A DNA stretch of 20,000 bases from an uncultured virus (IMG/VR IMGVR_UViG_3300044694_000062) (taxonomy: Duplodnaviria > Heunggongvirae > Uroviricota > Caudoviricetes): IMG/VR virus record IMGVR_UViG_3300044694_000062, positions 51,552 through 71,551 of that record. One strand, 5' to 3'. A program made the translations under genes and the position numbers. The stretch's first letter is position 1; each line of letters opens with the position of its first letter. Below, one piece after another: positions 1 through 6,547 of the stretch. The notes below the pieces were generated by a model. It had not been told where the DNA came from. It saw nothing but the letters and a program-made list of their open reading frames with translations, and ran no database searches.

Positions 1-598
1 GCTGCGCGACCAGGCCGACATCGACAACCGCATCGCCAACGTCGCCAGCAAGCAGATGCGCGGCCGCATCCTTGCGCTGCTGCCCAAGGGCCTCGTGATG
101 GCAGGCCAGGAGGCTTGCAAGCGCACGCTGGCGGGCGGAAACGACAAGCCGATCAGCCAGCGCATCAACGACATGGTGCAGGCGTTTGGCCGCTTCGGCG
201 TTCAGGTCGCGCACCTGGAGGCGAAACTGAGCCACAAGCTCGACACGACCACGGTGGACGAGCTCGCCGACCTGGTGGGCATCTTCAACGCGCTGAAGGA
301 AGGCGCGAAGCCGTCGGAATACTTCGAGATCCCCGACCCCAACGCGATCGCGACCGCCAATACGGCAGCCGCTCTCACGCAGCAGGCGAAGGCCAATGCT
401 GCTACAGCACCGGCGCCCGCTCCTGCGCCGAAGGCGAGTGCACCGAAACCTGCGCCCGCGCCTCGCGCGAGCAAGCAGGCGGAATCCGATAGCAGCGCCG
501 CAAAAGACGCGCAGCAGCAGGTCGAAGATAGTGCGCCTCCCGCGCCGCCCGCTGCACCATCGGCAGAGGCGGCAGGTCAGAGCGAGGATGTGTTCTGA
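1..598 (+). CDS. Phage recombination/ssDNA-annealing-like protein, 5'-truncated by the window edge (tentative)
   Basis: The frame is open from nt 2 (LRDQADIDNRIANVASKQMRGRILALLP...). It has a Pro/Ala-rich disordered tail ending in an acidic-hydrophobic tip (QSEDVF), reminiscent of SSB/SSAP C-termini, and lies upstream of a helicase. Function is inferred. Confidence 0.5.
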   Translation, partial: LRDQADIDNRIANVASKQMRGRILALLPKGLVMAGQEACKRTLAGGNDKPISQRINDMVQAFGRFGVQVAHLEAKLSHKLDTTTVDELADLVGIFNALKEGAKPSEYFEIPDPNAIATANTAAALTQQAKANAATAPAPAPAPKASAPKPAPAPRASKQAESDSSAAKDAQQQVEDSAPPAPPAAPSAEAAGQSEDVF

Positions 599-647
599 TG
601 TTGTTATGTTTTGACTTCCAGCAGGCCTCGCGCCGGGCTGGTGTTGG

Positions 648-851
648 CTGAATCGCACCTACCTGACACCTGACCAGGTGTCAGCGCGATGGAACGGTCG
701 CGTTAGCGTCCGCACCCTCGCAAACTGGCGGTATCTCGGCACAGGACCGAAGTTCACCAGGTGCGGAGGCCGCGTGCTGTACCCACTCGACGAGCTCGTC
801 GACTGGGAAGACCGCCGAACCGTGGAGAGCACGAGCGAGTATCGGAAGTGA
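648..851 (+). CDS. Small winged-helix DNA-binding protein (excisionase/AlpA/HTH_17-like); not in the ORF track
   Basis: Manual translation gives (L/M)NRTYLTPDQVSARWNGRVSVRTLANWRYLGTGPKFTRCGGRVLYPLDELVDWEDRRTVESTSEYRK*. The pattern YLT..ARW..S.RTLANWR..G.GP.F...GGRVLY is typical of Xis/HTH_17. There is an in-frame TGA at 612-614 and no ATG before the motif, so the start is uncertain (CTG 648 or GTG 678). Confidence 0.8.
   Translation: MNRTYLTPDQVSARWNGRVSVRTLANWRYLGTGPKFTRCGGRVLYPLDELVDWEDRRTVESTSEYRK
663..684. promoter_or_regulatory. Perfect inverted repeat (candidate operator)
   Basis: CTGACACCTG-AC-CAGGTGTCAG: 10-bp perfect arms with a 2-nt spacer, inside the 5' end of the HTH gene. Confidence 0.4.
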
Positions 852-857
852 CAGAGC

Positions 858-889
858 GCGGCGGGGCCACAACCCCGCCGCTTCTGATT
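858..889 (+). terminator. GC-rich hairpin, possible weak intrinsic terminator
   Basis: GCGGCGGGG-CCACAA-CCCCGCCGC followed by TTCTGATT, 6 nt after the HTH gene stop. The U-tract is poor. Confidence 0.5.
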
Positions 890-900
890 CGGAGAGAACC

Positions 901-1539
901 TTGAGCACCTTGAAGGCCTACGAAGTGCGCGAACCCGATGAAGGGCACTGCGTCATCCGCTTCGCCACGAACAGCGCGACCGCGCGCCGCGAAGGCGCCG
1001 CCGAGCTCGATACCGACTGGGAAGGCGTCGAATCATGCAGGCGCATGCCGCAGTTCGACGCCTACGCGCCGGGCCCGGTGCCTCCGCTTGTGCTGATCAA
1101 GCATGGGTGGTGGTTCGAGTGCAGCTACATCGAATGCGGCAGCCGCATCGGCTCCGATTCCGAGGAGCACGACGAAGATACGGACGAAGCGCTCTCTGAG
1201 CCGGTGGCGATCGGTCAGCGGGTGTTCTGCTGCGCCGAGCATGCCGCCAGGCAACTGGCGTGGTGGCGTGGCCGCGCGGCGGCCGAGGCGGCGCTGTGCG
1301 AGCTGATCTACACGAAGTACCCCGCGGCGCATGTCATCCGTGCGCACGTCTATGGCGATCGGCTGGAGCCGTCTGAGTACCACAACGGCCTGCTGGTCGG
1401 CGGCGTGAAGTGCAGCGCCGAGTTCAAGCTGCCAGGCCTGCAGTACCCGGTCAGCTACCACTTCGGCGAGGAGAAGCACGTCTACGTCAGCAACGTCGAT
1501 GTCGAGGCCTTCACCGCGCTGTACGGCCCCAAGTCGTGA
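901..1539 (+). CDS. Phage hypothetical protein with Cys/His cluster
   Basis: 212-aa ORF with a TTG start and upstream GGAGAG RBS. Contains WWFECSYIECG...FCCAEH, a possible Zn site. Confidence 0.75.
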   Translation: MSTLKAYEVREPDEGHCVIRFATNSATARREGAAELDTDWEGVESCRRMPQFDAYAPGPVPPLVLIKHGWWFECSYIECGSRIGSDSEEHDEDTDEALSEPVAIGQRVFCCAEHAARQLAWWRGRAAAEAALCELIYTKYPAAHVIRAHVYGDRLEPSEYHNGLLVGGVKCSAEFKLPGLQYPVSYHFGEEKHVYVSNVDVEAFTALYGPKS

Positions 1540-1555
1540 CCCAACGAAAGAGTGT

Positions 1556-2671
1556 ATGCAATGGAGTCCCAAGCAAGACGCGGCGCTGAAGGCGATCGCG
1601 CGGTGGTTCAAAGACCCACATAGCCCGCAGGTGTTCCGCCTCTTTGGCTACGCAGGCACAGGCAAGACCACGCTCGCCAAAGAGGCGAACGAGATGACGG
1701 GCGGCAGCATGCTGGTGGCCGCCTATACCGGTAAAGCGTCTCTTGTGCTCCGCAGGAAGGGCCTATCAACCGCGCGCACGATCCACAGCCTGATCTACAA
1801 ACCAGTCGAAGACGAAGAGACCGGCGAGACGCATTTCGAGCTCAACCCCGATAGCGAGGTGGCGTCCGCCAGCCTGGTGTGCATCGACGAGGTGTCGATG
1901 GTCGGCGAGGAAATCGGTCGCGACCTGCTGAGCTACGGCACCAAGGTGCTAGTGCTCGGCGACCCGTTCCAGCTGCAGCCGGTGAAGGGCGAGGGTTTCT
2001 TCACAAACATCGAGCCCGACATCCTGCTGACCGAGATCCACCGGCAAGCCGAGTCGAATCCGATCATTCGAATGAGCATGGACATTCGCGAGGGCCGCCC
2101 ATTGAAGCCTGGGCAGTACGGCGACAGTCGTGTTGTGCGCCGCGCGGAGATCGACAAGGACGAGCTGCGCGAGATCGTGCTGCAGGCCGACCAGGTTCTC
2201 GCCGGCAGGAATGCCACGCGCCGCACATTCAACAGCCGCATCCGAGCCCTGAAGGGATTCACCAACGAGATGCCGCAGCCAGGCGACCGGCTGGTCTGCC
2301 TGCGCAACAACAAGGTCAAGGGCCTACTCAATGGCGGTCTATGGGACGTGGAGACGTCGAGCTTCAACCCGGCCAAGCGCCGCATGGTGATGATGGTTCG
2401 CTCGCTCGACGATCCAAGCATCACCAGCCCGGTGGAAGTCGATGTGCCGCGCGAGTTCTTTCTCGGCACCGAGAAGGACTTGGATTGGCGCGACCTGAAG
2501 CGATGCGACCACTTCGATTTCGGCAACGTGCTGACGGTGCACAAGAGCCAAGGCTCACAATGGGACAATGTGACTTTGTTCGACGAGTCCGACGTGTTCC
2601 GCGATCAGCGCGCTCAGCACCTCTACACCGGCATTACGCGGGCTGCCGAACAGGTGACGGTGGTGGTGTGA
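1556..2671 (+). CDS. SF1B RecD/Dda-like ATP-dependent DNA helicase
   Basis: Walker A GYAGTGKT, TIHSLIY, Walker B CIDEVSM, LGDPFQLQPV, LTEIHRQA, TVHKSQGSQW and LYTGITRA. The likely start is ATG 1556 (MQWSPKQ). Confidence 0.92.
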   Translation: MQWSPKQDAALKAIARWFKDPHSPQVFRLFGYAGTGKTTLAKEANEMTGGSMLVAAYTGKASLVLRRKGLSTARTIHSLIYKPVEDEETGETHFELNPDSEVASASLVCIDEVSMVGEEIGRDLLSYGTKVLVLGDPFQLQPVKGEGFFTNIEPDILLTEIHRQAESNPIIRMSMDIREGRPLKPGQYGDSRVVRRAEIDKDELREIVLQADQVLAGRNATRRTFNSRIRALKGFTNEMPQPGDRLVCLRNNKVKGLLNGGLWDVETSSFNPAKRRMVMMVRSLDDPSITSPVEVDVPREFFLGTEKDLDWRDLKRCDHFDFGNVLTVHKSQGSQWDNVTLFDESDVFRDQRAQHLYTGITRAAEQVTVVV

Positions 2672-3429
2672 TGCGGTTCTACGTCTACGAGCACATCAGG
2701 CGCGACACCGGTGCAGTCTTCTACGTCGGAAAGGGATCACGCCGCCGCGCCTATGTGACCCAGCATCGCAGCCCACAATGGCATCATATTTCCGCTGAGC
2801 ACGGCTATTCCGTGCGCATCGTCATTGGTTCTATCGACGAAGAGCTGGCCTATCTCGTCGAGCGCGAGTTGATCGATCTGCGTCGGCGAACAGGCGTCGA
2901 GCTTGTGAACGTCACAGACGGCGGCGAGGCCTTCTCGATGGGCATGTGGTCGAGCCCGGAAGTGCGCGCGCGCCACAGCGCATCGCAGCAAGCACGATGG
3001 AGCGACTGTGGCGAGCGCGCAGCCCAAAGCGCGCGCATTCGGTCTGCCTACTCAGACGGAGGCCTGCGCCAGAAGATCGGTGCGGCCGTGCGCGCCTCCT
3101 TGGCGGATCCAGATATACGAAAGTCGAGGAACGCTGCGATCGCGGCTGCGCGCGGGACCGACGCTTCGCGCGCGCTCACCTCAGAGTTCATGCGTCGGCG
3201 CATGGAAGACCCTGCACAACGTGAGCGCATGCGAGCGATTGGGCGCCGGCACGCCGCCAGGGTGCTTTGCATCGAGACCGGACAGGTCTTCGAGGCGGTG
3301 GCTGACGCGGCTGCATGGCTGCGCAGCATCGGTCATTCGAAGGCAGTGGACGCCGCCGTTGTCCATGTCTGTGCCGGCCGCCGCAAGAGCGCATACGGCC
3401 ACACCTGGCGCTACGCAGAGGCCGCCTGA
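2671..3429 (+). CDS. Free-standing GIY-YIG-type homing endonuclease with NUMOD DNA-binding repeats
   Basis: N-terminal FYVYEH...VFYVGKG..RRA and LVNVTDGGE, Arg/Ala-rich helical repeats, and a C-terminal NUMOD1-like VLCIETGQVFE..AA.WL...VCAGRRKSAYGHTWRY. The ATG overlaps the helicase stop (TGATG). Confidence 0.82.
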   Translation: MRFYVYEHIRRDTGAVFYVGKGSRRRAYVTQHRSPQWHHISAEHGYSVRIVIGSIDEELAYLVERELIDLRRRTGVELVNVTDGGEAFSMGMWSSPEVRARHSASQQARWSDCGERAAQSARIRSAYSDGGLRQKIGAAVRASLADPDIRKSRNAAIAAARGTDASRALTSEFMRRRMEDPAQRERMRAIGRRHAARVLCIETGQVFEAVADAAAWLRSIGHSKAVDAAVVHVCAGRRKSAYGHTWRYAEAA

Positions 3430-3701
3430 TGCCCATCAGCGAGTTCACCGGCGAGGAGTTGGACGCCAGCAGCGAGGCTTATCGACACGAGTGCGAAGTC
3501 CGCTGGCTGCTAGATGGCTGCGACCTGCAGCAGCGCCGCGAGATCGTCAATGGCGTGATGGGCGGCCTCAAGGGCGACGTCGTGCTGAAGAAGGGCATCC
3601 GGCAGTACCGCGGCAACGCTGCGGCTGATCGGATCATCGAAGACCTGCGGCGCTTGCATGCACTGCGACTGGAGCGCGCGAAGACCGCGCAAACGACATG
3701 A
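3429..3701 (+). CDS. Phage hypothetical protein
   Basis: MPISEFTGEELDASSEAYRHECEVRWLL...; TGATG coupling with the upstream gene. Confidence 0.7.
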   Translation: MPISEFTGEELDASSEAYRHECEVRWLLDGCDLQQRREIVNGVMGGLKGDVVLKKGIRQYRGNAAADRIIEDLRRLHALRLERAKTAQTT

Positions 3702-3946
3702 GCGACCAAGCCTACATTGCCGCGCCCGCCGACGCCCTCGGCTGGCGCTACGAGGTGCCCAAGCGCACCGACGCAAAGGTGCTGCTGCTGACCGTCGGCC
3801 GCACGGCCACGATCGGCAACTGGCAAGGCCCCTACGGGCACTCTTTCATCGCTTGGGCGCCCCTGCCCAAGCGCGACAAAGCCGAGGAAGCTCGGCTCGG
3901 ACTGCTGCCGGCCGCACCGGTGCACGACAACCAGGAGAACCTGTGA
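3698..3946 (+). CDS. Small phage protein (DUF551-like, tentative)
   Basis: 82 aa with ATGA coupling. The pattern KVLLLT..G.W....IAWAPLP resembles the DUF551/Eaa-type C-terminus. Confidence 0.65.
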   Translation: MSDQAYIAAPADALGWRYEVPKRTDAKVLLLTVGRTATIGNWQGPYGHSFIAWAPLPKRDKAEEARLGLLPAAPVHDNQENL

Positions 3947-4428
3947 CTTACTCTGACCAAGCCCTGAAGATCGCATACCACGGCACGCCAGTGCGCGAGT
4001 TCCACGAGGTGTTCGATCACCCCGTGAAGTACGAGGTGCAGAAGGATCCCGATCCGAAGCTGCGCGAGCTGCGCGTGCGCATGCTCGCCGAGGAGCTGGC
4101 CGAGCTCGCGCGTGCCAGCGGCGTCGACGTGCAGGTGGACAGCCGCGAACCGGAAGGCCAGGACGTTCTGGTGCGCAGCAACGGCGGCGCCTTCGACGTG
4201 GTGGAGGCGGCCGATGCGCTGGCCGACATCCGCTACCTCACAGACGGCGCCAACCTGGTGTTCGGCTTCCCGGGCGATGCCGTGTTACGCATCGTCCACG
4301 ACTCGAACATGAGCAAGCTGGGCGAGGACGGCAAGCCGGTGCGCCGCGACGACGGCAAGATCCTGAAGGGCCCGAACTATTGGAAGCCGCAGGAGAAGAT
4401 CGCGAAGCTGCTGGGGGTGAAAACGTGA
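3943..4428 (+). CDS. MazG-like (DR2231-type) NTP pyrophosphohydrolase
   Basis: VREFH..F, LR..MLAEELAEL, EAADALADIRY and VHDSNMSKLGEDGKPVRRDDGKILKGPNY. The GTG start overlaps the previous stop. Confidence 0.88.
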   Translation: MTYSDQALKIAYHGTPVREFHEVFDHPVKYEVQKDPDPKLRELRVRMLAEELAELARASGVDVQVDSREPEGQDVLVRSNGGAFDVVEAADALADIRYLTDGANLVFGFPGDAVLRIVHDSNMSKLGEDGKPVRRDDGKILKGPNYWKPQEKIAKLLGVKT

Positions 4429-4619
4429 ATACCACCACCGACCGTACCGCAGAATGCGCCATCGTGCGCCGCCAGGCCGAAGCGCTGGTGCACCTGGCCC
4501 AGCAGCTGGGCGTCACGCTGCGCATCGACGTGCAGCCCCTGCAGCCGCCCGCCATGGGCCACCACGAGCCGGTGATCGAGGTGTGGCCGGCGCGGGAGCA
4601 GCCGGAGGCGCAGCCATGA
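4425..4619 (+). CDS. Small phage hypothetical protein
   Basis: GTGA-coupled ORF MNTTTDRTAECAIVRRQAEALVHLAQQLGVTLRIDVQPLQPPAMGHHEPVIEVWPAR. Confidence 0.65.
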   Translation: MNTTTDRTAECAIVRRQAEALVHLAQQLGVTLRIDVQPLQPPAMGHHEPVIEVWPAREQPEAQP

Positions 4620-4879
4620 GAACGACACGCATCGGTACCTTCACTGTGAACCGCCGCTTCTTCGAGCGCTTGGACGTGGACGAGGGAACCAACCTGTTCC
4701 ACCGCATGGTGGTGCTCCGCGCTGAGACCGAATGGAACACCGGCAACACGCGCTACTTCGCGATTCACCCGCAGTTCGACCGGACAAGTCTGGGCGATCT
4801 CACGCCCGAGTACGAGGCGGTGTTCGATGCCGGCGAGGTGTACCCGCGGTGGGTGAGGAAGCAGAACGGCGCGGCATGA
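4616..4879 (+). CDS. Small phage hypothetical protein
   Basis: ATGA-coupled ORF MRTTRIGTFTVNRRFFERLDVDEG... with an upstream GGAGG RBS. Confidence 0.7.
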   Translation: MRTTRIGTFTVNRRFFERLDVDEGTNLFHRMVVLRAETEWNTGNTRYFAIHPQFDRTSLGDLTPEYEAVFDAGEVYPRWVRKQNGAA

Positions 4880-4921
4880 CGGCGTGGCTCGCTCGGATCT
4901 GGTGCGCGCTCCTACGGCACC

Positions 4922-4954
4922 TGGCGGCCGCCGACTACGCAGCCGCGGCCGCCA
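4922..4954 (-). terminator. Hairpin in the tRNA 3' trailer
   Basis: On the minus strand TGGCGGCCGC-GGCT-GCGT-AGTC-G-GCGGCCGCCA, 5 nt downstream of the tRNA CCA. The inner stem pairs fully (one G-U) only on the minus strand. No U-tract. Confidence 0.45.
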
Positions 4955-4959
4955 CGATG

Positions 4960-5046
4960 TGGTGCCGGGAAGGGGACTTGAACCCCTACGCCCTTGCGGA
5001 CACGGCGTTTTGAGCGCCGCGCGTCTGCCGATTCCGCCATCCCGGC
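4960..5046 (-). tRNA. tRNA-Leu(CAA), complete, with encoded CCA
   Basis: The reverse complement folds as GCCGGGA TG GCGGAATCGGCAGACGC G CGGCG-CTCAAAA-CGCCG TGTCC-GCAA-GGGCG T AGGGG-TTCAAGT-CCCCT TCCCGGC A CCA. It has a 7-bp acceptor stem, CAA anticodon, long variable arm, TTC T-loop and discriminator A; 87 nt. Confidence 0.95.
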
Positions 5047-5105
5047 CTTGTGCCCGACTAGCGCCCGGGCCCAACATCATCTCCTCTACAGCCCTCAGAA
5101 ATCCT

Positions 5106-5148
5106 ACTCAAATTTGTCTTGACGAACAGATTTTGAGTTTGGCAGACT
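5106..5148 (+). promoter_or_regulatory. Imperfect inverted repeat overlapping a sigma70-like promoter (candidate att core or operator)
   Basis: ACTCAAATTTGT-CTTGACGA-ACAGATTTTGAGT (5106-5138) in an AT-rich island. TTGACG (5119-5124) and CAGACT (5143-5148) are 18 nt apart and point at the integrase. Confidence 0.45.
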
Positions 5149-5288
5149 CGCATTCACGGAACGTCACGCGGCGTCCCTGAGTGCCACGATTTCAACGGCT
5201 TGGCAGTCTAGCCAGCGGCGCTCCCCATCCACCAACATCACGGCGGTTCCTGGGCTTTTGCGCCCGACCCGCGCCCTGGAGATCCCGC

Positions 5289-6479
5289 ATGCCGAAGCTC
5301 ACGAAGACCGTCGTCGACAACGCCAAGGCACCCGAGAAGGGCGACGAATGGTGGTGGGACACAGAGGTGCCAGGCTTCGGCCTGCGTGTCCAGGCGAGCG
5401 GCCGCAAGACCTATGTGGTCCGGTACCGCAACGCCTCGCACACCCAGCGCAAGATGACCATCGGCCGGGCCTGCGACATGACGCCGGACAAGGCCCGCGA
5501 CCTGGCCCGGAAGGTCTTCACCGCGGTGGCCGAGGGTCGTGACCCGGCGGTCGAGCGCGAGGAAGCGCGCAGCGCGCCAACCACGCAAGACCTGCGGGAT
5601 CGGTTCATGAAGGAGCACGCGATCCCGTTCAAGAAGCCGCGCAGCGCGGCGCTCGACGAGACGAACTGGCGGCTGCACGTGCTGCCCAAGCACGCCGGCA
5701 AGAAGGTGGCCGAGTGGACCAAGGCCGACGTGGTGAAGCTGCAGGCCGAGCTCGCGAAGACCCCCGCCCTTGCCAACCAGATCGTGGCGCTGCTCGGCAA
5801 GGCCTTCAACCTGGCCGAGGACTGGGGCTGGCGGCCGCAGAACAGCAACCCTTGCCGCCGGCTGAAGAAGTTCCGGCTGAAGACCCGCGACCTGATCCTG
5901 TCGGTGCCGGACACGGCCGCCGTCGACCAGGCCTGCACCGAACTGACCAGCGCGGGCGAGCTCGACCTGCCCATGGCCGCCCTGGCGCGCCTGTGGATGA
6001 TCACCGGCTGCCGCAACAGCGAGATCCGCACCGCGCGGCGCGAGTGGGTCAGCTTCGACCTGAAGGCCTTGCTGCTGCCGGACTCGAAGGTCGGCCAGCG
6101 CGAGATCCCGCTGCCCGATGCTGCGCTCGACATCGTGCGCGAGCTCGACGCGGTATATGGCGCCGGTCGCGAATGGCTGATTCCCGGCCGGCTGGCCGGC
6201 GAGCCGCTGAAGTCGCCATGGAAGCGCTGGAAGAAGATCGCGGCGCGCGCCGGCGTGTCGACACGCTCGACGCCGCACACCCTGCGCCACACGGTCGGCT
6301 CGATCGGCCACCGGGCCGCCGGCCTGTCGCAAAAGCAGATCGCGATGCAGCTGGGCCACCGACAGATGAGCACGACCGAGCGCTACATCCACGGCGAGCA
6401 GTCGGAGCAGGCGCAGGTGGCGACCAAGATCGCGAACGTGATCACGGGCGGCTGGAAAAGGGAAACGGAGGCTGCATGA
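5289..6479 (+). CDS. int: Tyrosine recombinase/integrase with N-terminal arm-binding domain
   Basis: N-terminal WDTEVPGFGLRVQASGRKTYVVRYR (Arm-DNA-bind_3/DUF4102-like). Catalytic residues R (TGCRNSE), K (DSKVG), HxxR (HTLRH), H (LGH) and Y (RYIH). GGAG RBS before ATG 5289. Confidence 0.95.
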   Translation: MPKLTKTVVDNAKAPEKGDEWWWDTEVPGFGLRVQASGRKTYVVRYRNASHTQRKMTIGRACDMTPDKARDLARKVFTAVAEGRDPAVEREEARSAPTTQDLRDRFMKEHAIPFKKPRSAALDETNWRLHVLPKHAGKKVAEWTKADVVKLQAELAKTPALANQIVALLGKAFNLAEDWGWRPQNSNPCRRLKKFRLKTRDLILSVPDTAAVDQACTELTSAGELDLPMAALARLWMITGCRNSEIRTARREWVSFDLKALLLPDSKVGQREIPLPDAALDIVRELDAVYGAGREWLIPGRLAGEPLKSPWKRWKKIAARAGVSTRSTPHTLRHTVGSIGHRAAGLSQKQIAMQLGHRQMSTTERYIHGEQSEQAQVATKIANVITGGWKRETEAA

Positions 6480-6481
6480 AT

Positions 6482-6523
6482 TGTTCGCCTAGACGAACAC
6501 ACATGATCAAATCCGGTTATACT
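6482..6523 (+). promoter_or_regulatory. Candidate regulated promoter: palindrome plus -10 box
   Basis: TGTTCG-CCTAGA-CGAACA (6482-6499) and TATACT (6518-6523), upstream of the AGGAG RBS at 6537-6541. Confidence 0.45.
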
Positions 6524-6547
6524 GGCGTTGTACTTCAGGAGACCGCG

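Noticed and set aside
400..575. GC-rich short repeats
   Set aside because: Explained by the Pro/Ala low-complexity protein tail; not a separate DNA element.
1879..2670. N-terminal extensions of track ORFs (1879-3429, 5714-7450, 3658-4428, 11786-12430, 12698-13621)
   Set aside because: The extensions overlap real upstream genes in another frame. Internal coupled starts or RBSs give better starts (2671, 6548, 3943, 12031, 13423).
2671..3429. Group I intron or intein hosting the endonuclease
   Set aside because: The helicase is complete through motif VI, and both junctions are stop/start overlaps with no room for intron core structure.
5231..5246. Fourth copy of the late motif (minus strand GCCGTGATGT) upstream of the tRNA
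   Set aside because: The following hexamer (TGGTGG) lacks the conserved A2/T6, and it lies about 180 nt from the tRNA. Not counted, though it cannot be fully excluded.
5238..6392. Long antisense ORFs over the integrase, and similar shadow ORFs at 10446-11627, 15225-16376 and 17614-18555
   Set aside because: These are stop-poor shadow frames expected in high-GC coding DNA. They have no motifs and fully overlap well-supported genes.
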